NCBI GenBank assembly: GCA_038227875.1
Contig: JBBRPR010000027.1
Coordinates: 1 to 64,000 of the forward strand
Reading direction: 5' to 3'
Origin: Planctomycetota bacterium
Lineage (GTDB): Bacteria; Planctomycetota; SZUA-567; H5-PLA8
Length of the DNA stretch: 64,000 bases
In this document: piece after piece, positions 18,156 to 28,627 of the stretch
Layout: the number at the start of each line of letters is the position of its first letter
Position numbering within the stretch: the stretch's first letter is position 1
Position numbers and translations under genes: made by a program
The notes under the pieces: generated by a model
What the model was told of the DNA's origin: nothing
The model's input: only the letters and a program-made list of their open reading frames with translations
Database searches by the model: none

Positions 18156-19027
18156 ACGAACGTTGGGGAGAGCACACAGCCATGCTGACCTCTGAAGCAA
18201 CGGAGTGCGCACAGGTTCGGCGGCCGACGGCCGTCTCGCGGATGCTGCGTGCGCTCAGCGACGCGGTGGAACTCGGCGAAACCTGGCGAGACCGGACATT
18301 TGCCGCGGGGAAGTACCGCATTCGTGTGGCATCCGAGCGGATGCTGCGGCGGCGTGCGTACGCGTTGGCGCACCGCGTGTATTCCGGCCGAGGATACGTG
18401 TGCGACGAAAACGGACTGGTCGTGTCGCCGTTCGATGCGCATGCGGAGACGCTGACGCTGCTGGTGCAGGACGAAAAGGGATGCGACGCGGCGACGATTT
18501 CGCTGGTCTTCGATACGCCCGCGGGGTTGCCGTGCGACGCGATTTACGGGCAGGAATTACAATCATTGCGCGCGCAAGGGCGGCGCCTGGTGGAGGTCAC
18601 GCGGCTGGCGATCGATCCCGCGCACCAGCATTCGAAGGCGCTGCTGGTCTGTCTCTTTAATTTTATTTACATCCACGCACGGCGGGTGAAGGGCTGCGAC
18701 GATTTCGTGATCGAAGTCAATCCGCGCCACGAGTGCTATTATCGCCGCTTGCTGAATTTCGAATTGGCCGGATCCGAACGCGCATGCCCGCGCGTTCAAG
18801 GCGCGCCCGCGGTGCTGCTGCGGCAGGACTTGTGGGCTGGCGAGCGTGAGATTCAGCGCGTAGGCGGTCTGGGTGATGCGGCCGGAGAACGGACGCTCTA
18901 TCCGCACTTTTATGCTCCGGCGGAGGAAGGTGTGGTGGCGAAGTTTCTGGCGCGCGGGCACCAAGCGATGACGCCGGTAGATGCGCGGTATTTTGGATTG
19001 GAAGCGCGCTTGGACAGCGTTTCCTGA
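18152..19027 (+). CDS. FeeM-like N-acyl amino acid synthase (GNAT/LuxI-like fold)
   Basis: Motifs AYALAHRVYSGRGY, LVEVTRLA, FVIEVNPRH..YY and VQGAPAVLL. ATGA overlap with the methyltransferase stop. Confidence 0.8.
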   Translation: MNERWGEHTAMLTSEATECAQVRRPTAVSRMLRALSDAVELGETWRDRTFAAGKYRIRVASERMLRRRAYALAHRVYSGRGYVCDENGLVVSPFDAHAETLTLLVQDEKGCDAATISLVFDTPAGLPCDAIYGQELQSLRAQGRRLVEVTRLAIDPAHQHSKALLVCLFNFIYIHARRVKGCDDFVIEVNPRHECYYRRLLNFELAGSERACPRVQGAPAVLLRQDLWAGEREIQRVGGLGDAAGERTLYPHFYAPAEEGVVAKFLARGHQAMTPVDARYFGLEARLDSVS

Positions 19028-19196
19028 AAGAACCGCACGTCTGCGGCGCTGGCATGGACTATGGTGTCGTCTCAAATTAGTATTATTCACGCACTATACA
19101 ATCCGAACTAAATAATGTACAACGTTCTCTGCATAGAACTGGGCCTGAATCCTTCATTCGCCGCAGCCGCGTGGCGACCCTCCAGGGATTTCTTCC

Positions 19197-22100
19197 ATGC
19201 CGATGAACCGGGTGCTGCTCGCCGTTCTCATTTTCGTCGCGTTCGAGCGTGCGGGTGACGTCGCTGCCGCGGACGCATCGTCGGTGGTCAACGACGGGCC
19301 GCGCGCGATGCTCGATCTGGCGGGGACGTGGGAGGGCGTGGAGACCGGTCTTGCGCTGCCCTGGCCGGCGCCCGAGGCCGGCTGGAAGCCGCTCAAAGTT
19401 CCGGCTCAGGATTGTGCGCTGATCGATGGCGACGTCGGGCCGTACGGCTATCCGCTGCCGGAAAAGGTGATCGCGGCCGATGGCGTCGGGCCGCTCAAGA
19501 AGGAGAAGCAGGCGGCGTGGTTCCGGCGGAATTTCGATCTTCCCGGTGGCGTTCCGGCGGGGAAGCGCGCGCTGCTGCACTGCGACGGCATCGCCTGGCG
19601 CAGCGTGGTGCGGCTCAACGGCACACAGGTGGGCGCCTCGATTCTCGGTGTGGCGCCGAGTACGTACGACGTCACCAGCGCGATCAAAGCGGGGACGAAT
19701 GAACTCATCATCGGCGCGACGTGCCGCGCGGGACTTTGGGACGCGGAACACAAGACGTACATCGCGCCCACGCCGGCGGTGATGCCGGGCATCTGGGGCG
19801 GCGTACGGCTGGAGCTGGTTCCGGAAGCGCGCATCGATGACATCTGGGTGCGCACGTCCGTCGCGAAGAAATTGATCGAGACGGAGCTGACCCTGATCAA
19901 CGCGGGCGCGGAGAAGCGGACGTTCGTGCCGCATGTCATCGTGCGCGGTCCTGATGGCCAGCCGGCGTGTGCGTTGGAAGGGCAGGCGGTGACCCTGTCC
20001 GGCGGCGAAACACGCGCGGTGGTACTGTCGGCGTCGTGGATCGCGCAATTTTTGTGGACTCCCACCACGCCCGTCACGTACTCGGCGGAGGCGACGCTGC
20101 AAGACGGGCCGCTAGAAGCCGACCGCGTTGGGACGGTCTTCGGCTTTCGCGAGTTCACGGCCAGTGGGCGTGACTTTCTGCTCAACGGACGGCGCCAAGT
20201 GCTGCTGCGCAATTCGTGGCTGACCAGTCCCGGCACCGACCGCGAGCGCGTGTTCCGCCAGATGCGGGACGAGACCACGCATTTCAATTGCATCCGGCTG
20301 CATCTGAATTTCATCAATCCCTTCACCATCGAACAGGCCGACCGCGTCGGGATGATGGTGATCCCGGAGTTCTGGGGCTGGTTTGACAGTGGTAATCACT
20401 GCTGGCCGACGGCGCAGTCGGCGGTGTGGCTTCCGGCGACGCAGGAGACGATGGCGCGGCTGGTGAAGCGCTACCGCAATCATCCGTCGGTGGTGATGTG
20501 GAGCCTGGCCAATGAAATCATGTGGAACGACACGCGGCCGGAATGGATGGCGATTACCGGCAGCCTCGTGGACACGGTGCGGAAAGTGGATTCGACGCGG
20601 CTGCTGCAGGGCGATGCGGAGATCACGTGGAACGGCCGCCTGGATGCGATCAGTATTCATTATCCGGAGGGCGACGCCAACGACACCGGCACGCCTCGGG
20701 ATCGCTACCCGAACGCCAGCTGGATTATTCCCAACGATCTGGATTGGATCAAGAAGGAGGGCGTGAAGCATGCGTGGCGCGCGGACTTCACTTGGGACCG
20801 GCCGCTGATGATCGGCGAATTTTATTGCATGGACGATTTTGTCCTCGAAGGCTGCTCCGCGTACATGGGCGACGAAGCCTTCGATGGCTCGAAGTGGCAT
20901 TGGCAAGCCTGGGACGGCCGCGAAGCGCTGATGCCGCGCCAGGACAACGCGTGGCTGCGCATGGCCAAGATCAGCTGCGACCGCTACCGCGCGGCCGGAG
21001 TGGCGTGCCTCAATCCGTGGACGGGACTCGGCGTGGACCTGATTCCGCCGCTGCTGGTGCGGCCACTGGACCTGCATCCCAACGCGTTCGGCGGCGAAGC
21101 CTGCACGCGCCGTATCCTCGTGGCCAACGATACAGGAGAATCCTGGAATGAAATGCATCTGCAGGTTGGACTGCAGACCGGCGGCCGGACGTTGTGGAGC
21201 GACGAGTTGATTCCCGCGCAAGTTGGGCCGGGCGAGTCCAAGGAGATCGCGGTGACACTGCGGCCGCCGGCCGTCGATGCGGTTACTCCGGCAACGCTGG
21301 TCGTGCGGCTGTGCTGGCACCGCTGGTCCGGCAACGCGGAGCTCGCGCGCCACGAGGAGCCAATGTGGATCTGCCCGCGCGCGAATTTGAATGGCGCCGA
21401 TACGACCACCCTGGTGCTGGCTGACGCCGCGGACGGTCCGACGGTCAAAGCGCTCGCCGACCTGGGATTGAAGCTTGCTCCGGGCGTCTGCGACGACGCG
21501 GCGCTGGCGGGAAAGCGCCTGCTGATCATCGGCGAAAATGCGCTCGCGAAGGCCGATCTCGCCGCCGCCGCGCGCTTCGCGGAAGCGGGCGGGCAGGTGC
21601 TGGTGTTGCATCAGGAAACGCTGGAGCCCTTCGTGCCCGGCCTGCCGGAAGTGGATCCGCTCCACGCGGCGTCGATGTCGTGGCGCAACGACGCGGTCAA
21701 TCCGGCGCTGAATGGACTCGCCGATGGGCAGTTGCGCTGGTGGCGGCCCGATCATCTCGTGGCGACGCGCAGTCTGGTTCGCCCGTCTGCCGGTCCGGCG
21801 GCATCGGTCGCGGCCAGCGGCGGGCGATACGGCATGCACTGGTCGCCACTGGCGGACGTGCGCTGCGGAAAAGGCTCCGTCACGGTCTGTCAGTATCTGC
21901 TCTGCGACCGCGTTGCGGTGGAGCCGGCGGCGCGTTTGATTCTGGCTCAGTCAATTCGCGCGGCGCTGGCGAGCAAGCCGGTTGAACCGGCGCCGGCGCT
22001 GCGCCTCACGGCTGGCGTGAGCAAAGCCGTGCAGACGGTGCTCGCCGATTGCTCGGTTTCAGTGACGAACGAATTGGCCGGCAGCGGTCCGGTGCTGCTC

Positions 22101-23819
22101 GATGCCGCCACGCCGCCGGACGCGGCGGCGCTGATGCGGCTGCGCGCGGAAGTGGAGGCCGGGGGAGCGCTGTGGCTGCGGGGACTCAATGAAAAAACGC
22201 TGCCGGGCGTTGCGGCCTTGCTACCGTGGTCGCCGGGCTTCGCGCCGCTGGCCGCCGGGGATCTGGGCGCGGCGAAGCGCGCCGAGCATCGCTTGATCAG
22301 CGGACTGTCGACGGCCGATTTCGCCTGGTCGCGCGGAAAGAAAGCGACCGCCGCGCTCGGCGGACCGGCGTTGATTCCGCCAACCGACGGGGCTGCCGTG
22401 ACGCTGATCGAACCGGCGCTGCTGATGGCAGTGCCGCTGGGCAAGGGCGTGCTGCTGCTCGACCAACTCGCATGGGACGGCGCGGAAACCGCGGAGACCG
22501 AGCGCGTCACGCGCATCGTCAGTTCGCTGGCGCGCAATCTTGGCGCGGGATTTCATTCGGTCTCCGCGAAGCGTTACCGCTACACGCAGCTGGATCTGTC
22601 GGCTCAGGCCAACCGCGGTTACATGGACGAGAAAGCCGGCGACGGCGTCGGCGGCTGGACCGATCAAGGCGATAACGACATGCGTTATTTCCTGATCAAT
22701 CATACCGGAATGGTGGGCGGCATGGCCGTGCCGACGCAATCGTTTCCGGCCAACCCGCAGTTCAACGGCGTGCCCTTCCGCCTGATTGATCCGAAAGCCA
22801 ACGGCGGCAAAGCGGTGATCACGCTGCGCGGCGGCCCGCACGATCCCGCCGCGCCGACGGAAGTGCGCGGTATTCCCGTCAACGGCGCGAAGGCCGACCG
22901 GCTCTGGTTCCTGCACACCGCCTGCTGGGGCAGCCCCGGCGGGTATCTGGTGCCAGTCGCGCGTTACGAGGTGGTCTACGTGGACGGCACGCGCGCCGCG
23001 ATTTCGCTACGGCAAGGCTGCGAAGTCAGCGACTGGTGGAATCCGCAGCCGCTGGCCGGCGCGCAAGTCGCGTGGAGCGGCCGCAACGAACAGCATGCGC
23101 CGATCGGCATCTACTTGATGCCGTGGAACAATCCGAATCCAGAGAAAGCCATCGCGACGATCGATGTCATCGGAAATCTCGCGGAAACGCAGATCGTACT
23201 TTTAGGCGTGACGCTCGGCACTGAAGACGGTCCGGAACGTACCGCCGCCGCGTGGGATTGCGGCACGTTTGCCGATGGCAAAGTTGCAGGCATGGGCGCG
23301 GCGCTGCAAGGCAGCGGCACCGCGGTGAAAGTCGGCACGCGCGCGCTGCTGCGCCTCGCAGGCGGACAGTCGCTGGCGACCGAGCTGACGACCGGCCCCC
23401 TGGCGGCGGGCACGCCCGTGGCCATCGAAATCGAAGTCGCACCCGATAGCAAACCGGGCGGCTACTATGGCGGTCTAGTCGAGGCCGGCAGTTATCAGCA
23501 CGCCGGCGTGCGCGTGCTGCTGCGCAACGATCTGCATGTAGTGATCGAACATTTCGCCGGCGATGGCGCGAAGCAGTCGACGTATCTGACGTCCAAAGAA
23601 CCGCTGACCCTCGGGCAGCTCAGCACCGTCCGTTACGAATACGATGGAAAGCAAGCGCGGCTGCTGATCAACGGACGGCTGCACGCGGCGGAAGTCTGCC
23701 CGCCGCCGGCGCCGTGGACGGGTCGGCTGACCGTCGGCAACGCCGGCGGGAAAGATTATTTCCTCAACGGCGCGGTGGGGAACGTGCGGGTGATAGGGTT
23801 GGCGGCCGGAAATCCGTGA
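19197..23819 (+). CDS. Secreted multidomain glycoside hydrolase family 2 protein
   Basis: Motifs FGFREF, NCIRLH, RNHPSVVMWSLANE and MIGEF. C-terminal lectin/LamG-like domains. Confidence 0.85.
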   Translation: MPMNRVLLAVLIFVAFERAGDVAAADASSVVNDGPRAMLDLAGTWEGVETGLALPWPAPEAGWKPLKVPAQDCALIDGDVGPYGYPLPEKVIAADGVGPLKKEKQAAWFRRNFDLPGGVPAGKRALLHCDGIAWRSVVRLNGTQVGASILGVAPSTYDVTSAIKAGTNELIIGATCRAGLWDAEHKTYIAPTPAVMPGIWGGVRLELVPEARIDDIWVRTSVAKKLIETELTLINAGAEKRTFVPHVIVRGPDGQPACALEGQAVTLSGGETRAVVLSASWIAQFLWTPTTPVTYSAEATLQDGPLEADRVGTVFGFREFTASGRDFLLNGRRQVLLRNSWLTSPGTDRERVFRQMRDETTHFNCIRLHLNFINPFTIEQADRVGMMVIPEFWGWFDSGNHCWPTAQSAVWLPATQETMARLVKRYRNHPSVVMWSLANEIMWNDTRPEWMAITGSLVDTVRKVDSTRLLQGDAEITWNGRLDAISIHYPEGDANDTGTPRDRYPNASWIIPNDLDWIKKEGVKHAWRADFTWDRPLMIGEFYCMDDFVLEGCSAYMGDEAFDGSKWHWQAWDGREALMPRQDNAWLRMAKISCDRYRAAGVACLNPWTGLGVDLIPPLLVRPLDLHPNAFGGEACTRRILVANDTGESWNEMHLQVGLQTGGRTLWSDELIPAQVGPGESKEIAVTLRPPAVDAVTPATLVVRLCWHRWSGNAELARHEEPMWICPRANLNGADTTTLVLADAADGPTVKALADLGLKLAPGVCDDAALAGKRLLIIGENALAKADLAAAARFAEAGGQVLVLHQETLEPFVPGLPEVDPLHAASMSWRNDAVNPALNGLADGQLRWWRPDHLVATRSLVRPSAGPAASVAASGGRYGMHWSPLADVRCGKGSVTVCQYLLCDRVAVEPAARLILAQSIRAALASKPVEPAPALRLTAGVSKAVQTVLADCSVSVTNELAGSGPVLLDAATPPDAAALMRLRAEVEAGGALWLRGLNEKTLPGVAALLPWSPGFAPLAAGDLGAAKRAEHRLISGLSTADFAWSRGKKATAALGGPALIPPTDGAAVTLIEPALLMAVPLGKGVLLLDQLAWDGAETAETERVTRIVSSLARNLGAGFHSVSAKRYRYTQLDLSAQANRGYMDEKAGDGVGGWTDQGDNDMRYFLINHTGMVGGMAVPTQSFPANPQFNGVPFRLIDPKANGGKAVITLRGGPHDPAAPTEVRGIPVNGAKADRLWFLHTACWGSPGGYLVPVARYEVVYVDGTRAAISLRQGCEVSDWWNPQPLAGAQVAWSGRNEQHAPIGIYLMPWNNPNPEKAIATIDVIGNLAETQIVLLGVTLGTEDGPERTAAAWDCGTFADGKVAGMGAALQGSGTAVKVGTRALLRLAGGQSLATELTTGPLAAGTPVAIEIEVAPDSKPGGYYGGLVEAGSYQHAGVRVLLRNDLHVVIEHFAGDGAKQSTYLTSKEPLTLGQLSTVRYEYDGKQARLLINGRLHAAEVCPPPAPWTGRLTVGNAGGKDYFLNGAVGNVRVIGLAAGNP

Positions 23820-23867
23820 CCGGGGCTGCGCATCGTGGTGCAATCTCTAGAGGGAGCTTGCGCAGCG

Positions 23868-24248
23868 ATGGCGAAACGCGGTTCACGGCGATTCTGGCAG
23901 ATTCATCTGAGCACGGCGCTCATGAGCACCGTGTTCGCCAGTCTCTTCCTGGGCATGAATCTGGTTCAACAAGATGTGCGGAGCGAATACCAGGAATGGT
24001 ACGCAAAGGAATTCACGACGCTAACGGAGTGGGGCTGGCCGTGCCGGCTGGGACAGAATTTCGTTCCAAAGAATTCTCAGCAGCCTTCATTGTGCCGCGT
24101 CTGGAATGAGGATGCGCTGGTTTCAGGCCTGATTAATTTTGGCGTCTGCGGGGTCATGACGCTGATGTTGATGGCGTTTTCAGAGTATCTTATTCGCGAA
24201 GAAAACGCCCGCCGCGCCGCGCAACCGAATCTTCGACTCAAGCAATAA
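23868..24248 (+). CDS. Small membrane protein
   Basis: RRFWQIHLSTAL plus TM, EWGWP motif, second TM. Confidence 0.7.
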   Translation: MAKRGSRRFWQIHLSTALMSTVFASLFLGMNLVQQDVRSEYQEWYAKEFTTLTEWGWPCRLGQNFVPKNSQQPSLCRVWNEDALVSGLINFGVCGVMTLMLMAFSEYLIREENARRAAQPNLRLKQ

Positions 24249-24336
24249 TTGCCTCCTCGAACTCACATTCTTCCACTTTCCTCGAATTTCCCGTCACCTC
24301 GCCGGGTCCAAAGCGGAGAGAAAGAGAGAGAAGAGT

Positions 24337-24420
24337 AGTTTTGAGTTGTGAGTTTTAAGTTTTGAGTTGCGTTGAAGCAACTAGACACAACTCAAAACTT
24401 AAAACTCAACACTCAAAACT
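24337..24420. repeat. Inverted heptamer (AGTTTTG-type) repeat hairpin
   Basis: agttttgagttgtgagttttaagttttgagttg pairs with caactcaaaacttaaaactcaacactcaaaact. Confidence 0.8.
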
Positions 24421-24444
24421 GTCTTAACGCGAGGGTCTACAACG

Positions 24445-25719
24445 ATGCACACGCAGATTACCGATGGCCAGTTGCTCGCGGAGTTCTCGCGGACTCGGCG
24501 CGAAGCTCCGTTTGAGGAGTTGCTGCGTCGTCACGGCGCGCTGGTCTTCAACACCTGCCGGCGCGTGCTGAATCACTCTTCCGATGCTGAGGACGCGGCG
24601 CAGGCGGTGTTTGTCGCACTGGCGCAGAAGGCTGGCGACCGCTCGCTGCACGCGCGGGAGTCGCTCTCGGGATGGTTGTACGCGGCGGCGTGGCACATTG
24701 GCGTGCGCGCGCGGTCGGCGCTGAAGGCCCGGGCGCGGCGTGAGCAGGAGGCGGCGGTGATGCACGGAACGACGGATCACGCGGCGCAGTGGCGGGAACT
24801 CGAGCCGGTGCTCGACGGAGAACTACACGCGCTGCCGGAAAAATATCGCCTGCCGATCGTGCTTCATCATTTTCAAGCGCTGTCGGTGGAGCAGATTGCG
24901 ACGGCGACCCGCAGTTCGTGCGACGCGGTCAAGCAGCGGCTTTCGCGCGGGCGCGAGATGCTGCGCGAACGCTTGAGCCGGCGCGGAGTGAACGTGACGG
25001 GCGCGCTGCTGCCGTTGCTGCTCAGCAACGGTGCGACGGCGACGCTGCCGTTTACGTTTGCGGCGACGACGGCGCGCATGGCGGTCGCGGTGGCGGCCGG
25101 ACAGGCGGTGACGTCCGGGCTGATCGCGCAGCGCGTGCTGGACCTGGCGCGCGCGGGTTCGCCGGGAATCTCGCACGCGGCAAAATGGCGGCTCGCGGCG
25201 GCCGCGGTGATGCTCGCGCTGCTCGCGGGCGGCGTTGCGGCGGTCCACGCGTTCGCGCCGAACTCCCGGGCGGGAGTGACGCGCGTGCGGGTGGAGGTGC
25301 CAGCGACGGGTACGGCAGTGGCGGCAAGTTCAAGTGTGACGCGATCGGACGTGCATGAAATGCGGAGTGAGGGCGGGCGCTACCAAGACAACGACGAGAC
25401 GGTGACGGTGCTGCATCCGTCGCCGGCTACAACATCGACGGATGAGAACCGCGACGTGGCGTTGAAGACTCCGACGTCGCAGCCGGATTTGAAGAAGCGT
25501 GCCGACGGCGATGCGCCGGGCACGTTTGGGCCGGATGCGGAAATCGACCTCTCGAAATTTGTTGCAGCGACGGAAGAAAAAGAGGAACAGGCGAAGAGTG
25601 TGGGTACGCCCGCTGCCCCGCGAACTGTGCCGCCGGCTAAAACGATGCCGTTTGTGGAACCGCAAACTTCGACTCCGCCGCGATCGCAGGCTCCCGAGGA
25701 ACCTTCAGCGCGACGCTAG
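24445..25719 (+). CDS. ECF sigma factor with TM and low-complexity C-terminal extension
   Basis: DGQLLAEF..FEELLRRHG..DAEDAAQAVF and LPEKYRLPIVLHH..RLSRGREMLR. Confidence 0.9.
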   Translation: MHTQITDGQLLAEFSRTRREAPFEELLRRHGALVFNTCRRVLNHSSDAEDAAQAVFVALAQKAGDRSLHARESLSGWLYAAAWHIGVRARSALKARARREQEAAVMHGTTDHAAQWRELEPVLDGELHALPEKYRLPIVLHHFQALSVEQIATATRSSCDAVKQRLSRGREMLRERLSRRGVNVTGALLPLLLSNGATATLPFTFAATTARMAVAVAAGQAVTSGLIAQRVLDLARAGSPGISHAAKWRLAAAAVMLALLAGGVAAVHAFAPNSRAGVTRVRVEVPATGTAVAASSSVTRSDVHEMRSEGGRYQDNDETVTVLHPSPATTSTDENRDVALKTPTSQPDLKKRADGDAPGTFGPDAEIDLSKFVAATEEKEEQAKSVGTPAAPRTVPPAKTMPFVEPQTSTPPRSQAPEEPSARR

Positions 25720-25798
25720 CCTGTATCGCGCTGAGTGGCTTTGCTGTCGCGATAGAGCGTGTTGCGCCCGAAGTCTCGTCTCACTTCGCATTGAGTTT

Positions 25799-25827
25799 AG
25801 TTAGACCGGGCGAGACGCCCGGACTAC
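25799..25827 (-). repeat. GTAG-type REP (family A)
   Basis: Reverse strand reads GTAGTCCGGGCGTCTCGCCCGG. Near-identical to 49592-49620. Confidence 0.75.
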
Positions 25828-25881
25828 AAAGAGCACGGGCGCTCCGCGTAGGACGCGCGCGGAGCTTGGGCACTTCATCAC

Positions 25882-28575
25882 ATGAGAACAGCATCGATTA
25901 TGCTCAGCGCGATTTTGCTCGCGACGACTCTCTCCCGAGTTCACGCGGCCGACGCGGCGTTCTCGGCTACACTGCCGGCGAAGGCGGGGCTCTTCGAGAA
26001 GGTCGAGCTGACGCTCGTTTTCCCGCCGGATGTTCAGAACGCTTTGAATGAGCTTCCCGACACGCAGATTCACGACGCCTACGACGCGGACCGCAACGGC
26101 ACGTACGTGCGCGCGTGGGCGGAGTTCTCCGGACCGGACGAGAAGTGCGTCGTCCCCGCCTTCGCGATGCGTGAGAAAGCTGGCGGTCCGTGGACGTGGC
26201 GCGTGCGCTTCAGTCCGCGGAAGCTCGGAGCGTACTCGGCGACATTGCATTTCGAGGCCTGCTTTGGCGACTGCACACAACCCAAAGGCCTCATGCGAAA
26301 CGAACTCTCCGCTCAGCTTCCCGGCACGATGCTCGTCGAAGACCACGGCCTTCCCGGACCGCTCGTGGTTCCGGAAAACGAGAAGCAACCGGCGCTGCTG
26401 CGCCGAAAGAACGCGGCGGGCAGCTCGGACGCGCTGTGGCTCTTCGGCGCGTGCCGGGCGTGGGTCGCGGAGACGCAGGACTCGAAAAACGAGTGGCCCG
26501 ACGAATGGCTCGACCGCGACACGGAGCTCTTCCCGCCGATGCGCGCGTCCGGCTACAATTTGCTCAACCAGTGGATGGCGCCGTGGGAATTCATGCTGAT
26601 CCACCACGACCGCGCGGAATACTGGAAAGACGCGCACGACAAATTTCAGCGCACGCCGCTGCCGGAAAAGCGCGCGTGGTCCTCGTACCAGTGCCTTGAC
26701 CAGGGGCGCGCGGCGGCCTTCGATCAGCTCGTCGAGAAATGTGAAGGCGGTAAGGACAAGGACCTGATCTACCTGCTGCTCTCGCCGCTCCCGCACAACG
26801 CGCTGGAGTCCTCGGCGCACGCCTGGTCATCGCAGGAGAGCGGCTTCAGCCCCAGCGACGACAAGCTCAAGCAATCGTTGGAACGCCTGAACGGCTTCAG
26901 CGGATTTCCGCAGACCGGCACCGGTCCGAAAGCGAAAACCTTCGACGTCTGGAGTTTCTTCGCCGCCGATCCCGCCAGGCCGCTCGACGATTGGCGCAGC
27001 CAGCTCTTCGATCATCAGGCGAATTTCTACCGCTATGTCATCGCGCGCTGGGGCTACTCGCGCGCCGTCGGCGTCTGGGTGCTCGCCGATGAACTCGATG
27101 CCGTCGGCGATGAAGTCGGCAATTTCAAAATCAAAACCGGCTGGTGGGGCCACGCGGAATGCGAACTCTGGCTCGCCAATCTCGTCCGGCTCTTTCGCGG
27201 CGGGCTGAAGCGCTCGGATGGCCTCGCGTACGCCGGCGATCCGTTCCACCATCCGCTGCACGCATCCTCGACGAGCTCCCGCGGCCAGGCGACGCGCGGC
27301 GGGAACATCGATTGGGACGGCGGCCCGGCGGGCGCGCAGCCGGATCTGTACGGCTTCCACTGGTACCCGTACTGGCCGCACGATTCCACCTGGTCGGACG
27401 TGTGGGAGTACGTGATCGACGGCGTGGAAAGCTACGCGCGCGCGCCGATTGGCCATCGCCCGCGCCTGATGAGCGAATTCGGCGCCGAGGACCGCGGCAA
27501 GCCGTCGGACGAGGCCTCGTATCTGTACCCGACGCTGTACCATCACGCGATCTGGGCGGCGATCTTCAACGGCCACGCCGGCACGCCGATGGACTGGGAC
27601 GACGGCAAGGAATTCGGCGACCTGCTCGCGCGCAAGCGGATGGGCATTTTCGACGAAGCGCATTACCCGATCGACAACCCCGCGCAGCTGCGCGCGCTCC
27701 GGAAATTCCTCGTGCTGCTTAAGCCCGAGGAACTCCTCCCCTGCAGTGCATTCGACGCAAAGGTCGTCTGCTCCGGCCGCGGCGAAGCGCGCGCCGCGGC
27801 GCTCTACGAGCCCAGCCACACGTCCGTCTATGGCTGGATGTTCACGCGCGGCGGCGAATCGACGATGATCACGCTCCGCGGCGTGATGCCGGGCAAGTAC
27901 ATGCTGACCTGGTACGACCCGTGGACCGGCGAGTTGATCGACGCGCCGGGCGCCAACGGCGTCGTCACCATCGCGCCCAACACCGGCCCGATCGGACTGG
28001 ACGCCAAGCCCGCGCTGAAAGTGCTGAGCCCCAAAGAAGAGTTCCCCAAGAAAACGCGCCTCTCGCGCGGGCAGGACGTGGCCTTCCGGCTGGAGAACTT
28101 GCAAGTCGACCTCTCGGGTGAGATGAGGATAACAGGGCAGTCTGCACTGATTTATAATCTTGACCACGACTGGGAGGGCGTACCTCTCAATCTTGGTGTG
28201 CTCAGCGAGAAGGATCGAGCGTCGTTCGTACAAACGAATGGCAAATACGTGCACGTCGTCGCTGAGATGTCAAACGGATGGTATGTAGTCCGTTCCTTTG
28301 AAATTATTGCAGAGCATTTCTTCATCGACGGACGAGTCGTTCCGCATGTGCCAGATGCAAGCACGTCTGACTTGGTGTTCGCTCTTCAAACAGCAGAGGG
28401 AAAAAGTATTGCGATAAACATGGATCAAGAGAAGGCTAGAAGCCTTCAGGAATCTCAAAAGCGGGTCCGGTTGTCAGGAAGCTTTAGGCACACCGGACAC
28501 AAGAGCTTGCTTACCGAATTTGCCGTGGCGGGTAGCGAGGTGCTTGCGGAGGAAACCAACACCAGGAAGCCGTGA
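25882..28575 (+). CDS. Secreted clan GH-A-like glycoside hydrolase with N-terminal Ig-like (DUF5060-like) domain
   Basis: Signal peptide; motifs WRVRFSP, RYVIARWGYS, LADELD, MSEFG and LTWYDPWTG. Confidence 0.7.
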   Translation: MRTASIMLSAILLATTLSRVHAADAAFSATLPAKAGLFEKVELTLVFPPDVQNALNELPDTQIHDAYDADRNGTYVRAWAEFSGPDEKCVVPAFAMREKAGGPWTWRVRFSPRKLGAYSATLHFEACFGDCTQPKGLMRNELSAQLPGTMLVEDHGLPGPLVVPENEKQPALLRRKNAAGSSDALWLFGACRAWVAETQDSKNEWPDEWLDRDTELFPPMRASGYNLLNQWMAPWEFMLIHHDRAEYWKDAHDKFQRTPLPEKRAWSSYQCLDQGRAAAFDQLVEKCEGGKDKDLIYLLLSPLPHNALESSAHAWSSQESGFSPSDDKLKQSLERLNGFSGFPQTGTGPKAKTFDVWSFFAADPARPLDDWRSQLFDHQANFYRYVIARWGYSRAVGVWVLADELDAVGDEVGNFKIKTGWWGHAECELWLANLVRLFRGGLKRSDGLAYAGDPFHHPLHASSTSSRGQATRGGNIDWDGGPAGAQPDLYGFHWYPYWPHDSTWSDVWEYVIDGVESYARAPIGHRPRLMSEFGAEDRGKPSDEASYLYPTLYHHAIWAAIFNGHAGTPMDWDDGKEFGDLLARKRMGIFDEAHYPIDNPAQLRALRKFLVLLKPEELLPCSAFDAKVVCSGRGEARAAALYEPSHTSVYGWMFTRGGESTMITLRGVMPGKYMLTWYDPWTGELIDAPGANGVVTIAPNTGPIGLDAKPALKVLSPKEEFPKKTRLSRGQDVAFRLENLQVDLSGEMRITGQSALIYNLDHDWEGVPLNLGVLSEKDRASFVQTNGKYVHVVAEMSNGWYVVRSFEIIAEHFFIDGRVVPHVPDASTSDLVFALQTAEGKSIAINMDQEKARSLQESQKRVRLSGSFRHTGHKSLLTEFAVAGSEVLAEETNTRKP

Positions 28576-28627
28576 CTCCCAATACAAAAGAGTATCTCTC
28601 GTACGCAGAGCCGGTATAATTTAACGC

